64,000 nt of DNA from Candidatus Poribacteria bacterium (GCA_965242965.1 OZ251518.1:896001-960000), one strand, 5' to 3'; positions 1 through 10,358 are shown, numbered from the stretch's first letter. Notes: a model not told the origin generated them from the sequence alone. Numbers and translations are program-made.

Positions 1-296
1 CCTACGGTGAAGGATGGCGTTATTTTTTTCGTATCGCGGGGGCCTGTCCCCCGCGATCTTCATCGTTACGATGTGTGTTTCCTCTCTGTAGTTTGTGATC
101 GCCTGATCACAAACGGGTCAGGATCAGGCGATCCTGACCTACAGAGCCTGGCGCGTGAACGATGGCGAGGGACAGGCCCTCGCCCTACGATGAACGGGGG
201 GGTTTCTGCCGCCGCGGCCCCGGTAGGCGAGCCGCCCTATTGCATCGAGACCGGGAGGTCTCTCCTACACGAACACATCGAAATATGAAACACCCT
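1..296. repeat. REP/REPIN mosaic cluster, cut by the window edge
   Basis: Contains GCGGGGGCCTGTCCCCCGC, a paired GTAGTTTGTGATCGCCTGATCACAAAC / GGTCAGGATCAGGCGATCCTGACCTAC, GGCGAGGGACAGGCCCTCGCCCTAC and ATCGAGACCGGGAGGTCTCTCCTAC; ends in TATGAAACACCCT. Confidence 0.9.
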
Positions 297-306
297 GAAT
301 TAAAAA

Positions 307-336
307 TTGGCATTTTCCTAGCAAATCTGCTATAAT
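307..336 (+). promoter_or_regulatory. sigma70-type promoter of the SDR gene
   Basis: TTGGCA, 18-nt spacer, TATAAT with extended -10 TGn. Confidence 0.55.
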
Positions 337-407
337 AGAGAATAGCCTATCTAGAGATGGGAAACTACGTATCTTTAAAAAGAAAAACGTTGAAAAAGAG
401 GAACACA

Positions 408-1178
408 ATGAATTTAGGACTTAAGGATAAAGTGGTGATTGTAACCGGCGCGAGCCGCGGTATCGGGCGCGCCATCGCGCACGGCTTCGCCGATGAAGGA
501 GCCCGGCTCAGCATCTGCGGCAGGACTCCCGAAACATTACAGAATGTAACGGACGAACTCATCGCGAAAGGTGCCGCGGTCTTCGCGAAACCGACAGATG
601 TAACCGACACCGAACAAGTCAACGCCTTTATGACAGCAACCGTCGAAAAATACGGCAGGATTGATGTCGTTGTGAACAATGTCGGTGGCAGCCGGAAGAC
701 ACCGTTGTCAGAGATTTCGGATACCGAATGGCACGAGGTGCTTGATTTGAATCTCATTTCGGCGGCTCGGATTAACCAACACGCTATTCCGTCGATGCAG
801 AAACAGGGAGGCGGGGTTATCTTGATGATAGCCTCGATTTACGGCAGGGAAGGCGGCGGACATATTACCTATAACGCCGCGAAAGCCGCTGAGATTAGCA
901 TGGCGAAATCGCTCGCGAAAGAACTCGCGCCGGACAATATCCGTGTGAACAGCATCGCGCCCGGGTCTATCCTATTTCCCGGTGGTGGTTGGGCGCGCCG
1001 AATGGCGGCAGACCCGGCGGCGATGGATGCTTTTGTGAAGAGTGATATGCCGTTGGGCCGCTTCGGGAAACCGGAGGAAATTGCCGACGTAGTCGTCTTC
1101 CTCGCTTCGGCGCGCGCGAGTCTTGTCACGGGTGCCTGTATTAACGTTGATGGGTGTCAGTCGCATTCCAACATCTGA
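408..1178 (+). CDS. SDR-family (FabG-like) NAD(P)-dependent oxidoreductase
   Basis: TGASRGIG Rossmann motif, NNVG, YNAAK catalytic motif; GAGGA RBS precedes ATG 408 (track start 357 is probably too long). Confidence 0.92.
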   Translation: MNLGLKDKVVIVTGASRGIGRAIAHGFADEGARLSICGRTPETLQNVTDELIAKGAAVFAKPTDVTDTEQVNAFMTATVEKYGRIDVVVNNVGGSRKTPLSEISDTEWHEVLDLNLISAARINQHAIPSMQKQGGGVILMIASIYGREGGGHITYNAAKAAEISMAKSLAKELAPDNIRVNSIAPGSILFPGGGWARRMAADPAAMDAFVKSDMPLGRFGKPEEIADVVVFLASARASLVTGACINVDGCQSHSNI

Positions 1179-1194
1179 TCCCGCGAAACCTCTT

Positions 1195-1782
1195 TAGGAG
1201 AACCCTCCCGGTCTTGATGCGCCCCGTATCGGGACAAGGATGTCCCGCCTACCGGAAGGCCTCGGGCGCACCTCTGTAGTTCGGGATCACCCGCTCCCGA
1301 ACAGTTCAGGAGCAGGCACTCTTGACCTACAGAAGAAGAGAAGGGGGGGGATCTGGTGCAATAACGATGGCAAAGGACAGGCCCTCGCCCTACGGTAAGG
1401 GGAGACGGCCCGGACAACCGTAGCGCGGGGGCCTGTCCCCCGCCATCGTTCGATCGCGCGGACGATTCGCGCCACCACATTTGTAGTTCGGGAGCACCCG
1501 CTCCCGAACGGTTCAAGAGCAGGTGCTCTTGAACTACAGTGGGGAGGGAGTCTGGCGCGCGGAACGATGGCGAGGGGAACCCGCTCGGATGCGCGTGTGG
1601 CATCCGAGGGCCCTCGCCCTACGGTAAAGGGATAGCGTTCTGGATACCGTAGCGCGGGGGACAGGCCCCCGCGCTACGGGAACATCGAGACTAGGAGGTC
1701 TCTCCTACCGAGGACATCGTTCGCATCGAGACCGGGACGGCGCGCCGACAGGGAAAAATCGAGACCGGGAGGTCTCTCCTAC
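1195..1782. repeat. REP/REPIN mosaic cluster
   Basis: Several GTAG-footed hairpin families in both orientations. Confidence 0.9.
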
Positions 1783-1946
1783 CAATCAGAACTCCTTCCA
1801 CCGCTTCCCAACCAATATCAACCCCTAAATTTTTCCTATCCCCCTATCTACTCCGGAAAAACTCACGGAATAATGACATTGTATCATTTTTGCAAATTGA
1901 ACGTTAAGATAAAAAAGAAATCGTCTCAACAAGGAGCTATTGTGTT

Positions 1947-3683
1947 ATGCAGTTAAAAATTATCAGCATCATCAGTCTAATCGCTGTCCTGCTTGCGGGT
2001 TTGTGGAGCATTGACGCGGATGCATCGGGCATCGGACATCGCGATATTTTCGTTGGAGCAAGCGCGCGCGCAGTCGGAATGGGGAGTGCTTTCACCGCCG
2101 GGCCCTCGACAAATAACGCCTTCTTATGGAACCCCTCCTCACTCGGATTCATGAACGGGTTAGAATTTGCGTTCGGTGGCGTGCCGGTTACAGGGAATAC
2201 CTCAGGCAGAGATGGCGCGTTTTCAGTGGCGGCGAGCCCGAACGCGCTGGGTATAACCGAGAAAAATGTCGGCAGTCTCTCCGTCGCCTCGTGGATCGAC
2301 GGTTGGAACACGCCTAACACTGACACCGATGTTACCCAGATTGTGCTGTTAGGTTATGGCTTCGCCATCAGCGAACAGGCATCAGCCGGCGCGAATGTCC
2401 GCTATTATCAGAATATGGATGCCATCCGGACCAACTACCTCTGGAGTGCAGACCTCGGGGTGCAGCTCACCTATCCTCTTGAAAAATGGGACGACACCCT
2501 CACAATGGGGCTGAGCCTGAACGAGGTAAGCAGCGGCATCCGGGTAGATGGACAGGTAATTGAACCGGCACCTATCGCCGCACGGTTGGGAATGACTTAC
2601 GCCTGGGGCAGTGAAACTCTGTTTTCCGCGGATTTCGCGCACTATGTGCAAAATCGACTGGACCGGACGGAACGGTTTCGGTTGCACCTCGGCGCGGAAC
2701 GGTGGCTTTTCAATGGACACTTCGGTTTGCGGACCGGGTATACCGCACTCACCGCCGCCGAGCGGTTCCAGAACGGCGAATGGACAGGCGGAGTCAGCCT
2801 CCGCAACGATTATGGACAACTAGACTACGCCTACGTCACTGGCAGGGAATTGGAGCAGAACTTGCACTGGATTTCGGCGACGGTGCGCTGGGGAGATAGG
2901 CACTCGCATTCGGTAGCGGCGAACGTGAATACCAAAAAAGTCAGCACATCAATTGAGACAAAACCTCGCGTCACGACATCACCGATTTTAATGCCGAAAA
3001 CGCTAGAAACTGAGGTTCCGGTAGAAAAAGCACGGGAACCCGTTGCTAGTCAGGTTGCACTGCGAGTCTCCGAACTCACAATTTCACCGAACAACGATGG
3101 CATCGCGGATAGCACGGCATTCCGGTTTGAAGTCGGCAAAAACGATGCATGGACATTGACAATCCGTGACGAATACACGGAAGCGGTGTGGGAACAATCG
3201 GGGAGCGGTTCGCCGCCACCGAAAGGAATTGTGTGGAACGGCACGGCGAGCACCGGCAAACCGGTAATCGCAGGAATCTACGAGGCGCGCCTGAGCGTGG
3301 GGGATGCGCAAAACGTAAGTAGCCAAAAAATCCTTGTAGACATCAAACCCCTGCCGATGAAAAAGGAAACTGTCGCCGCACCGAGAGCGGTAAGTAAGCA
3401 AAAAACTGAACTACCATTGATGAAAACGAAAGCCGCTGTCTCGCCGATGTGGTGCTTGATGGTAGGCTCCTTCGCATCACAGAATAACGCCGAATCGCTG
3501 GCGGCAGAGTTACGCCGTTTGCATCCGGGTGAGAAAGTGTCGGTCTACGCCGTGTCCATCAACGAGCAAACGATGCATCGAGTGACGATTGGGGCATTCG
3601 CTGAGCGTGCGGAAGCAGCGGTGCTCACACAAGAGATTAAAGCCGCACAGGGGGTGGAACCGGTGTTGATTGTGTTGCAATAA
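1947..3683 (+). CDS. Secreted/outer-membrane protein: PorV/PorQ-like beta-barrel + FlgD-type Ig domain + C-terminal SPOR domain
   Basis: Signal peptide; GASARAVGMGSAF..A..WNPS N-terminal motif; ISPNNDGIADS...WNG...G...AGIY FlgD-Ig motif; VGSFASQNNAE...HRVTIGAF SPOR motif. Confidence 0.7.
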   Translation: MQLKIISIISLIAVLLAGLWSIDADASGIGHRDIFVGASARAVGMGSAFTAGPSTNNAFLWNPSSLGFMNGLEFAFGGVPVTGNTSGRDGAFSVAASPNALGITEKNVGSLSVASWIDGWNTPNTDTDVTQIVLLGYGFAISEQASAGANVRYYQNMDAIRTNYLWSADLGVQLTYPLEKWDDTLTMGLSLNEVSSGIRVDGQVIEPAPIAARLGMTYAWGSETLFSADFAHYVQNRLDRTERFRLHLGAERWLFNGHFGLRTGYTALTAAERFQNGEWTGGVSLRNDYGQLDYAYVTGRELEQNLHWISATVRWGDRHSHSVAANVNTKKVSTSIETKPRVTTSPILMPKTLETEVPVEKAREPVASQVALRVSELTISPNNDGIADSTAFRFEVGKNDAWTLTIRDEYTEAVWEQSGSGSPPPKGIVWNGTASTGKPVIAGIYEARLSVGDAQNVSSQKILVDIKPLPMKKETVAAPRAVSKQKTELPLMKTKAAVSPMWCLMVGSFASQNNAESLAAELRRLHPGEKVSVYAVSINEQTMHRVTIGAFAERAEAAVLTQEIKAAQGVEPVLIVLQ

Positions 3684-3709
3684 CGCGATGCCCGATAGCA
3701 GGGTTTGCC

Positions 3710-4549
3710 TTACAACGCATAAAACGCTAAAGCATTCTGATAGAAGAGACGATTTTTCTCGGCATCGGAGGCATCGGCGACGGCGTAGAGGAGCGCGTCC
3801 ACCCACTCGCGATAGGTGGCGGCGAGGGTGCATACAGGCCAATCACTCCCGAACATGAGCCTGTCATACCCGAACGCCTCCACGAGGTGCAGGATGTAAG
3901 GCTTCAGTTCTTCCGATGTCCAATTTGGGCTGGCCATCGTCACGATGCCAGAGACTTTGCAATGGACGTTCTCAAAGGCGGCGAGTTCGCGGACGTGGGT
4001 TGCCCACGGCTCGAATTTGCCGCCTTTTACGTCCGGTCCGCCGCAGTGATTCATCGCGTGTCTCACATCGGGTGTCGCCTTCACCAATTCAATCGCCGCG
4101 GGGAGTTGCGCGTGATTTGCACAAAGTTCAAACGAGAGATTGAATTTCGGCAGCAATTTTACACCGGCGATGAGTTCGGGACTGGCATAGAAGCGATTGT
4201 CTGGGATGTGCCACGCCATGCGCCGCACGGCGACGACGAGTTCAAACGCGGCGAGTTGTTCCAAGACAGCTTCGGCGTTCGGTTTTTCGAGGGGTGCAGC
4301 GGCGGCTATCGCGCCTATCATCCCATCTTTTTCAGCGATGTCGGTTAGCCATTGAACTTCTTGGACGACTTGCGTTTCGCCCGGGTCGCCTTCAACGTGA
4401 ACGGATTTGACGACGTTCAAATCGCCGATGGCATCGCGATAATCTTGTGGGGTATACCGTTTCCGCAGCGAGTCAACATCGTCTAGCCACGGGTATTCTA
4501 GTTGTGCGGTATCCCAGAGGTGTTGGTGTGTATCAATGATTTTGCGCAT
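3710..4549 (-). CDS. Amidohydrolase_2 family protein (sugar lactonase-like)
   Basis: IIDTHQHLW, NHCGGP, CKVSG and RLMFGSDWPV motifs. Confidence 0.88.
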   Translation of the reverse strand: MRKIIDTHQHLWDTAQLEYPWLDDVDSLRKRYTPQDYRDAIGDLNVVKSVHVEGDPGETQVVQEVQWLTDIAEKDGMIGAIAAAAPLEKPNAEAVLEQLAAFELVVAVRRMAWHIPDNRFYASPELIAGVKLLPKFNLSFELCANHAQLPAAIELVKATPDVRHAMNHCGGPDVKGGKFEPWATHVRELAAFENVHCKVSGIVTMASPNWTSEELKPYILHLVEAFGYDRLMFGSDWPVCTLAATYREWVDALLYAVADASDAEKNRLFYQNALAFYAL

Positions 4550-4618
4550 ATTTTGTCCTCAGGTTTATACCAAATGAAGTTGATTTGTTTCGTCCCAGTA
4601 GTTCTGGTTTCTTTGGTA

Positions 4619-5470
4619 TTATACCGTATTGATGAAGATATCCAAATGTTCTTGGCTATCGTTTTCAGGATTGAACGTCCGTAATTCTTCGCGTTTTGCT
4701 GCTCTCACGAGCCGCTTATCGGAGCATACCAAAACCAGGTCACCTCCGGCAGCTCGCAAATTGTTTGCTTCATCAAGCGCGCATTGAAGGATAAGGGCAT
4801 CGCTACTGTTGATGGCGTGAGCCGCAATCAGTTTGCGCGCAGCAATTTTCTGATTAGGGGTTGCCTCTAATTGTACTACCTCGGCATGATTGACAACTTC
4901 CGCCTCAAATTTTTCGATGGCTTGATCGTGGTCAGGTTGAATCAGCCCTCCATCCGGCTTCCGAAGTTTTCTAGCCATAACAGCATAGACTTCGTTGAGA
5001 CTATCAACCAAACAGAGGATTCGCGAGGTGGGGATGTGCACGAAGAAATAGTTGATTAGTTGCGTGCCTTTTTCATCAACGTACCGTTTGGCGAAAGCAT
5101 TGGCATCAACCCAGAAATAAATTAGGCTATTGCGTTGCGGGATGATGCTGATTTCTTCAACTTCTCTCTTAACCGCCCTCTCATTGGCTTGTGTCCGTCG
5201 CCACTTTACGTCCTTTAACCATTCGTCACGATACCGAGTCACTAGGGGAGCATCCAATTTACGTCCAAATCCACCTGTAATTTGTGTCTGGTTATGGTGC
5301 TCAAGACAAAGAACAACGAGGTTTTCCAAAGTGTTATTGCTTGGCTCTCCATCAATGTGATGAATTTGAACGGTTTTCCCGTTTTCGCGACAGACACAAC
5401 AGGTTCTATCGGCGGCAAACATGACATCTGCCGCTAAGTCCTTTGGAATCGGTATTCGTTTTTTCTTCAT
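4619..5470 (-). CDS. HNH endonuclease - PIN (VapC-like) ribonuclease fusion
   Basis: N-terminus CCVC...IHHIDG..SNN..ENLVVLC..HH; C-terminal PIN acidic tetrad VDANA / LNEV / SSDAL / CSDKRL. Confidence 0.8.
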   Translation of the reverse strand: MKKKRIPIPKDLAADVMFAADRTCCVCRENGKTVQIHHIDGEPSNNTLENLVVLCLEHHNQTQITGGFGRKLDAPLVTRYRDEWLKDVKWRRTQANERAVKREVEEISIIPQRNSLIYFWVDANAFAKRYVDEKGTQLINYFFVHIPTSRILCLVDSLNEVYAVMARKLRKPDGGLIQPDHDQAIEKFEAEVVNHAEVVQLEATPNQKIAARKLIAAHAINSSDALILQCALDEANNLRAAGGDLVLVCSDKRLVRAAKREELRTFNPENDSQEHLDIFINTV

Positions 5471-5570
5471 GTGCGTCCTAGAAATCCCTAGAGGAAGCAG
5501 TCCTCGCGTGCATCATTTGCGCCGAAATATAGGCCGGCGACGGAAGCGGTTGTCAGTGTTTTCCGCCATC

Positions 5571-8500
5571 TCAATCATGATACTCATCGTAAAGAGTTCT
5601 TAAGAAGTCAAACCCGGCTTCCCCATAGAGATTGCAGATCCGATCGGCAATCTGCTTCTGTCCGGCACGATACAGAATGCGGACGGTTTCCTCAATATCA
5701 GTCCGATCGTAATACGGGTACGTTTCATTGGCTAGCATGTCAGATAAATCTCCCCAACTTCCGCGGGGGTTTTGGAGACATGCAGTCGCAACGCCTCAAC
5801 GAAAAATGCGACCTTGTGACGTTTGATGGAACTTATTGACAGTTTTAACCAGTTGAGAACTTCCGCGTCTATCTGATCGACTAAGGCTACCCATCCAGAC
5901 AAACGGGAGAAGACCTCCTGATATTCCGACACGTCCTCTTTTCGGGAAAGCGATTCACACAAGGCACGCCATGTCGGCCGAACCTTTTCCTTCAATTTCG
6001 CCGGGAGAGCATCCCTTTGCCGCCAGAAAAAATGAATCAGTGCGGAGAGAAGTTCCGGGGATCCGTGGTTTATCAACTGATAAATGAGGCTCGTCTCATC
6101 TTCCAGCGTCTCTGCCGAGCCAATTGCCCAACCGACACAAATGTGGGTAACGAGAGTTTCCCTTACCCCACGCGCCTCCGTCTCATTACCAAAATTTGTC
6201 TCTAAAGCCCACTGATAGTGGCCATGTTCCTTATCCTTAAGCAAGGCATAGAGATCGGAGTAGACTTGGCTGGAATAGAACAGGTATCCCGAAAAAGCGG
6301 CATGCCAATGAACGTCATTCTCCTGCGGGAAAATGCGATCGACATTGGCGATGACCCACGCCTTGTCTAGGTAAAACAGATTCGGCAAGTAGGCACCCAG
6401 CGTGAAGGAAAATTCCAAAGCGTATTCCACCCGCCGGTCTAGTCTTTTCGTGAATTCCTCACGAACGGCGTGCGGCCATCGACTACCGTCCTTTTCGGCA
6501 GTGTCGTTCGTGCGCGCGAACCGTAAGGCGTAGTTTATCATCGTCGAAAACACCTTACCTCTACCCGAATTCAGAACAGTAAAAGGCAGATTTTTCAAGG
6601 CAGTCACGCTCGGTTTCACCTTCTCTACCAGAACGAAAAGGATTTGTTCGGCGAGCGGCAAGAGATTGACATCAAACGCATGATTATCATCCTCTGTCCC
6701 GGCTGCTATCAAATCTACCGTGGCAGAAAGAATCCAGTTCCGATGACTCAAGCGAGGCATTTGTTGCTCGGCCCAGAATGTTTCGGACGAGAGGCATTGA
6801 TGGATGAATGCCAGCAACGCCTCCCAATTGACCTCCCTTTTCTCGCGCCACGCTTTCAAGAACCCTTGTAAGATCGAAGTTTGATACAGGGGAGGAACAT
6901 ATTGAAAAGACAGCAGGTTCTCCGTAAACCGTTCGGGATCCGTGGCAACGCATTCTTCAAGTGTATTCCCTAATCCGAGCGCAGTCGGTACCGACGGGTC
7001 TATCAGTGGAGTTTCTTTGAAGTTTCGCAGATATGCAGCGATTTCGGCATTAGACATCCCAGCCAGAACTTCAACTGTGATGGGACTTGTCTCTCCTACC
7101 CAGAACCCCGGAGTTGTAGAAAAATGGAGTCCAGGCATCTCAAGTTTCGCAGGATTAATCTGCTCATACTTCTCAATGGCGGTTAAAACCTTTTCGTTGC
7201 CTGTTCCTACGAGCGCGGAGAGCCACTCTCGCTTTTCGTTCGCTCGTTCTTCAGCATCCTCGGGTAACGCAGCATCCTGATATGACTCTATCCAGTGCAA
7301 AAGCTGCTCTATTTCGGCATCACTAAACGCCGTGCAGTGGGTTTGGATGAGGTCGTAAAGTCCCGGCTTCAGCAAAACCTCTTCAAGGGGATTACCTTGC
7401 CATTTCCAGAACAGCCTCTTCAAGTCCGCGTAATGGTGCTTGATTGCATTTAGTGCTATCAAACCGAAAATAGCGCGCGACTCGCGCCGCGATTCTTGGA
7501 GCAATGCCTCCACCGTTTCGGCGATGCTCTCAGGTGTAGCAAACTGAAGCAGCCTGCAGGTGAAACGGACCGCGAACTCCGGATAGTCTTCGTCAGCGTG
7601 CTTGGAAGCATCTCCTTCAACTAACTGTATCCAGAAAAACACGTGAGGGTCATCAACTATCAGCGTTTGAATGCGCTTCAGTCCTAACTGTGCTGCCTCA
7701 ACGCCACATAACCGCGCAATGGTTTGCTCCCTATTTCTCAACGCGTCCTTAAGGGAATAGGCATCAACCGACTCATCAAGAACTACTTTGAGCAGCCCGA
7801 GGGTTAACTCTTTCGCGCCGGCATCGAGAAGTTTGGGCAAAATCGTTTCGCCGACTTCTTCAATTAACAACGGGCCTACCTCTACGCCGCTGGTTTTCAA
7901 GGCTGTGCCGATAAAAGCGATATGACGCGCGTCTATCATGCCCACAGGCAATGTCCCGATAATGTCGATGAGCCGCCAAGCCGTATGACTGTTAACGATA
8001 CCCCCACTAGCGTCAGCGGCATTGACGATGTATTCAACGATGTCATTGACGATTTTCACAAGAACACCGACAGGTCTATCTGGATGCTTGGCAACCCGTG
8101 CGACGTAATTTAACGCGTACCAGGTAGGCATATGGTAGTTTCCGGGTGAACCAACGACTTCCTGCGGCGCGGGATTCCGCTCCGGATTAAACCAACCGTC
8201 TACTTTTAGGGGCTTCAACCAGGCAGGAGAATCCAACTTGGAGAAGAAATACGCGCGGCGGACATCCGATGCCAAAAGATTGGGCAACGTCTTTACGATC
8301 TGCTCGTTCGGTTCCTTAAGTTCAAGGAACCGGTCCAACCGACTAAGGAGATTGAAATGGTTTCCCACCAGATCTACCAAAACGTTCTCAAAATCGTTCC
8401 ACAGCGGCACAAAAACATCTCTTGTCCGAGGCGGTTTCCACGCACCGTGGCGATGGGCAAACTTAGCGAAGCGTTTCGCTACCTTTATCCACCTTTTAGC

Positions 8501-8944
8501 AATTGGCGAGTCTTCGTCGGTGCCAAGAAATTGCAAGATTGAATCTTTGTGTCCACCTTGCTTCTTTTTGTAACTCAACTTGACGGTCCCCGGCACATTG
8601 ATGTCAAACTCAAGGTGCTTTCCCATCTCCTGCTCGTCCGTTAATCTCCCACCGTCCGGAGTTTGAACAACGACTTCCAAGGCATCTCTTCTTTTTACCT
8701 TGAGAACATCCGTCAAGCCGCCCTCAATCTCACGCGCAATATGCGCGAGAAGATAGGGGGCAGACTCTAAATCGTTGTCGCGCAAAACCTTTATCCCGGA
8801 AAGATAAAAGGCAGCGATTTCAGGTCCGATAGCCTCCAAATTCCGGTAAATTTCCGCTTGCCGGGGAGACATCTCCAATTCGCGGTTTTGGAGACTCTCC
8901 GGCACGTGCGATAAGTCTGGTGTCTCGTCAAAATTGCTATACAT
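5571..8944 (-). CDS. Large alpha-helical protein with N-terminal HEPN-like motif; apparent 1-nt frameshift near the C-terminus
   Basis: 1070-aa ORF 5732-8944 with LLAHIARE and RFAKFAH (Rx5H). A shifted frame from about 5740 continues MLANETYPYYDRTDIEETVRILYRAGQKQIADRICNLYGEAGFDFLRTLYDEYHD to TGA at 5571. Confidence 0.7.
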
Positions 8945-9035
8945 AATTCCACCTTCCTGGTTTGACTAAAGATTGATGCACGCCGTCCGGTCCGAGTGCC
9001 GCCTGCTGTCGCGACGTTCACGAACCAACGTATCT

Positions 9036-9064
9036 AGTCTACCCTAAAAACCTCAAATTTGCAA
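9036..9064 (-). promoter_or_regulatory. Proximal sigma70-type promoter of the 8944 gene
   Basis: TTGCAA, 17 nt, TAGACT on the minus strand. Confidence 0.55.
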
Positions 9065-9105
9065 ACAAAAAACGCCGAGTGTCATCAACAATAGGTGCTA
9101 ACCGT

Positions 9106-9138
9106 ATATATGTTAACACATATTCAAGCGAATGTCAA
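9106..9138 (-). promoter_or_regulatory. Distal sigma70-type promoter with an overlapping 18-bp near-perfect palindrome
   Basis: TTGACA, 17 nt, TAACAT on the minus strand; ATATATGTTAACACATAT at 9106-9123. Confidence 0.5.
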
Positions 9139-9168
9139 ATTATTTTTTTCGCCGCATCGTGCCTGGTT

Positions 9169-9305
9169 CTGTAGTTCGGGAGCGCCTGCTCCCGAACGGG
9201 TCAGGATCAGGCGATCCTGACCTACAGGTGTGGCGGCGGCGTGCTGGCCGCCGCGCGTGTTGGGTTGCGCGAGGCATGGCGAGGGACAGGCCCTCGCCCT
9301 ACGGT
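9169..9305. repeat. REP/REPIN cluster
   Basis: CTGTAG-hairpin-GG-hairpin-CTACAG doublet plus GGCGAGGGACAGGCCCTCGCCCTAC. Confidence 0.88.
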
Positions 9306-9340
9306 GAAGAGGTGGCGTTTTTTTCACACCCTGACATTTT

Positions 9341-10126
9341 CTATCGACGCGCCTTGAGATCTCCCCAGGTTGTGGCGAGTTTATCCTGCGGTTGCACCGA
9401 AAGAAATTCGCCATCCATTACCTCTTTAATCTCGGCCTCTGATAACGCACGGTTGAAGATGTAGAATTCATCCATGAGACCATCGAACCATCTCCCATTT
9501 TTATGATGCCCGATTGCGGCTTGGACATCCCAGTTATCGGAGAGTTCCCCGTCGCCTTTCGCCTCATGCGTTTCTTTCCCATCAACGTAGGTTCGCGTCG
9601 TGCCGCCTTTGCTATCGTAGGTGCCGGTAAAGTGAACCCACTTGCCGCCTTTGATAATCGGCCCCGGATTGATGTTGAATACCTCTTTCTCGGCACCATC
9701 CCGATGAAACCACCGGAAACCGGCAGGCCGGATTTCGACGTGGTAAAGCCCACTACCGTGGTCCGTCCCGATGGCATCAAAGATACTCTGCGGTTCTGCC
9801 GAGTCGTTGTGATTCACCCAAACGGCGATAGTGATGCCTTCAAGCGGAACGTTTTCAAACTCCGGGCCATTCAGATTTACCCACGTGTTGGGCTCCAAGA
9901 CGATGGCTTTTTCGATTACCCCGTCTTCGCGGGCGGCTTTCCCTTCAATTTTCCCATCGTTGCCATAGATGGAGCCATCTTTGACGGTATCACCGTTGCC
10001 GTCAAAGTTGTAGTAGACAGACAACGTCGGATCGCTGAGGTCTGCCGCCGCTGAAAGCGCGCATGCAACTGTCATGCACACGACAGCGAGGAAAACGTGA
10101 AAGGATTTTATGGAATTGTAAGACAT
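9341..10126 (-). CDS. Secreted LamG/concanavalin-like domain protein with C-terminal VQPQDKLATTWGDLK motif
   Basis: Signal peptide; YYNFDG, WVHFTGTYD, YVDGKE, FDGLMDEFYIFNRALS. Confidence 0.88.
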   Translation of the reverse strand: MSYNSIKSFHVFLAVVCMTVACALSAAADLSDPTLSVYYNFDGNGDTVKDGSIYGNDGKIEGKAAREDGVIEKAIVLEPNTWVNLNGPEFENVPLEGITIAVWVNHNDSAEPQSIFDAIGTDHGSGLYHVEIRPAGFRWFHRDGAEKEVFNINPGPIIKGGKWVHFTGTYDSKGGTTRTYVDGKETHEAKGDGELSDNWDVQAAIGHHKNGRWFDGLMDEFYIFNRALSEAEIKEVMDGEFLSVQPQDKLATTWGDLKARR

Positions 10127-10187
10127 TTGAGCCTCCTTAAAATTGTGTCGGTTTGTATTTTTAGCGTTTCGCGTTGATTAATCGAAC

Positions 10188-10358
10188 GCTCGCGAGGGAC
10201 AGGCCCTCGCACTACGGTAAAGTAAAATCCGTTCGGGAGCAGGCGCTCCCGAACTACAGAGGGGACAGGTCCTCGCGCTACGGTAACGTTAAAATTGCGC
10301 GGTTGCATCGAGACCGGGAGGTCTCTCCTACCAGGCCCTCGCGCTACGGTAACGTTAA
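10188..10358. repeat. REP cluster
   Basis: Fragments of three hairpin families; CTCGCGCTACGGTAACGTTAA occurs twice. Confidence 0.8.

Noticed and set aside
160-190. GGCGAGGGACAGGCCC resembles the SAM-I riboswitch GAGGGACTGGCCC core
   Set aside because: No ATCxAGAG or GCAACC elements; dozens of copies in both orientations, unrelated to sulfur genes.
7-288. ORFs reading VARGPVPR / GTGPRPT / ETGRSLL (e.g. 7-288, 1157-1603, 13877-14209, 20398-20856, 23694-24212, 45082-45645)
   Set aside because: They are translations of REP mosaics with no RBS or domain content.
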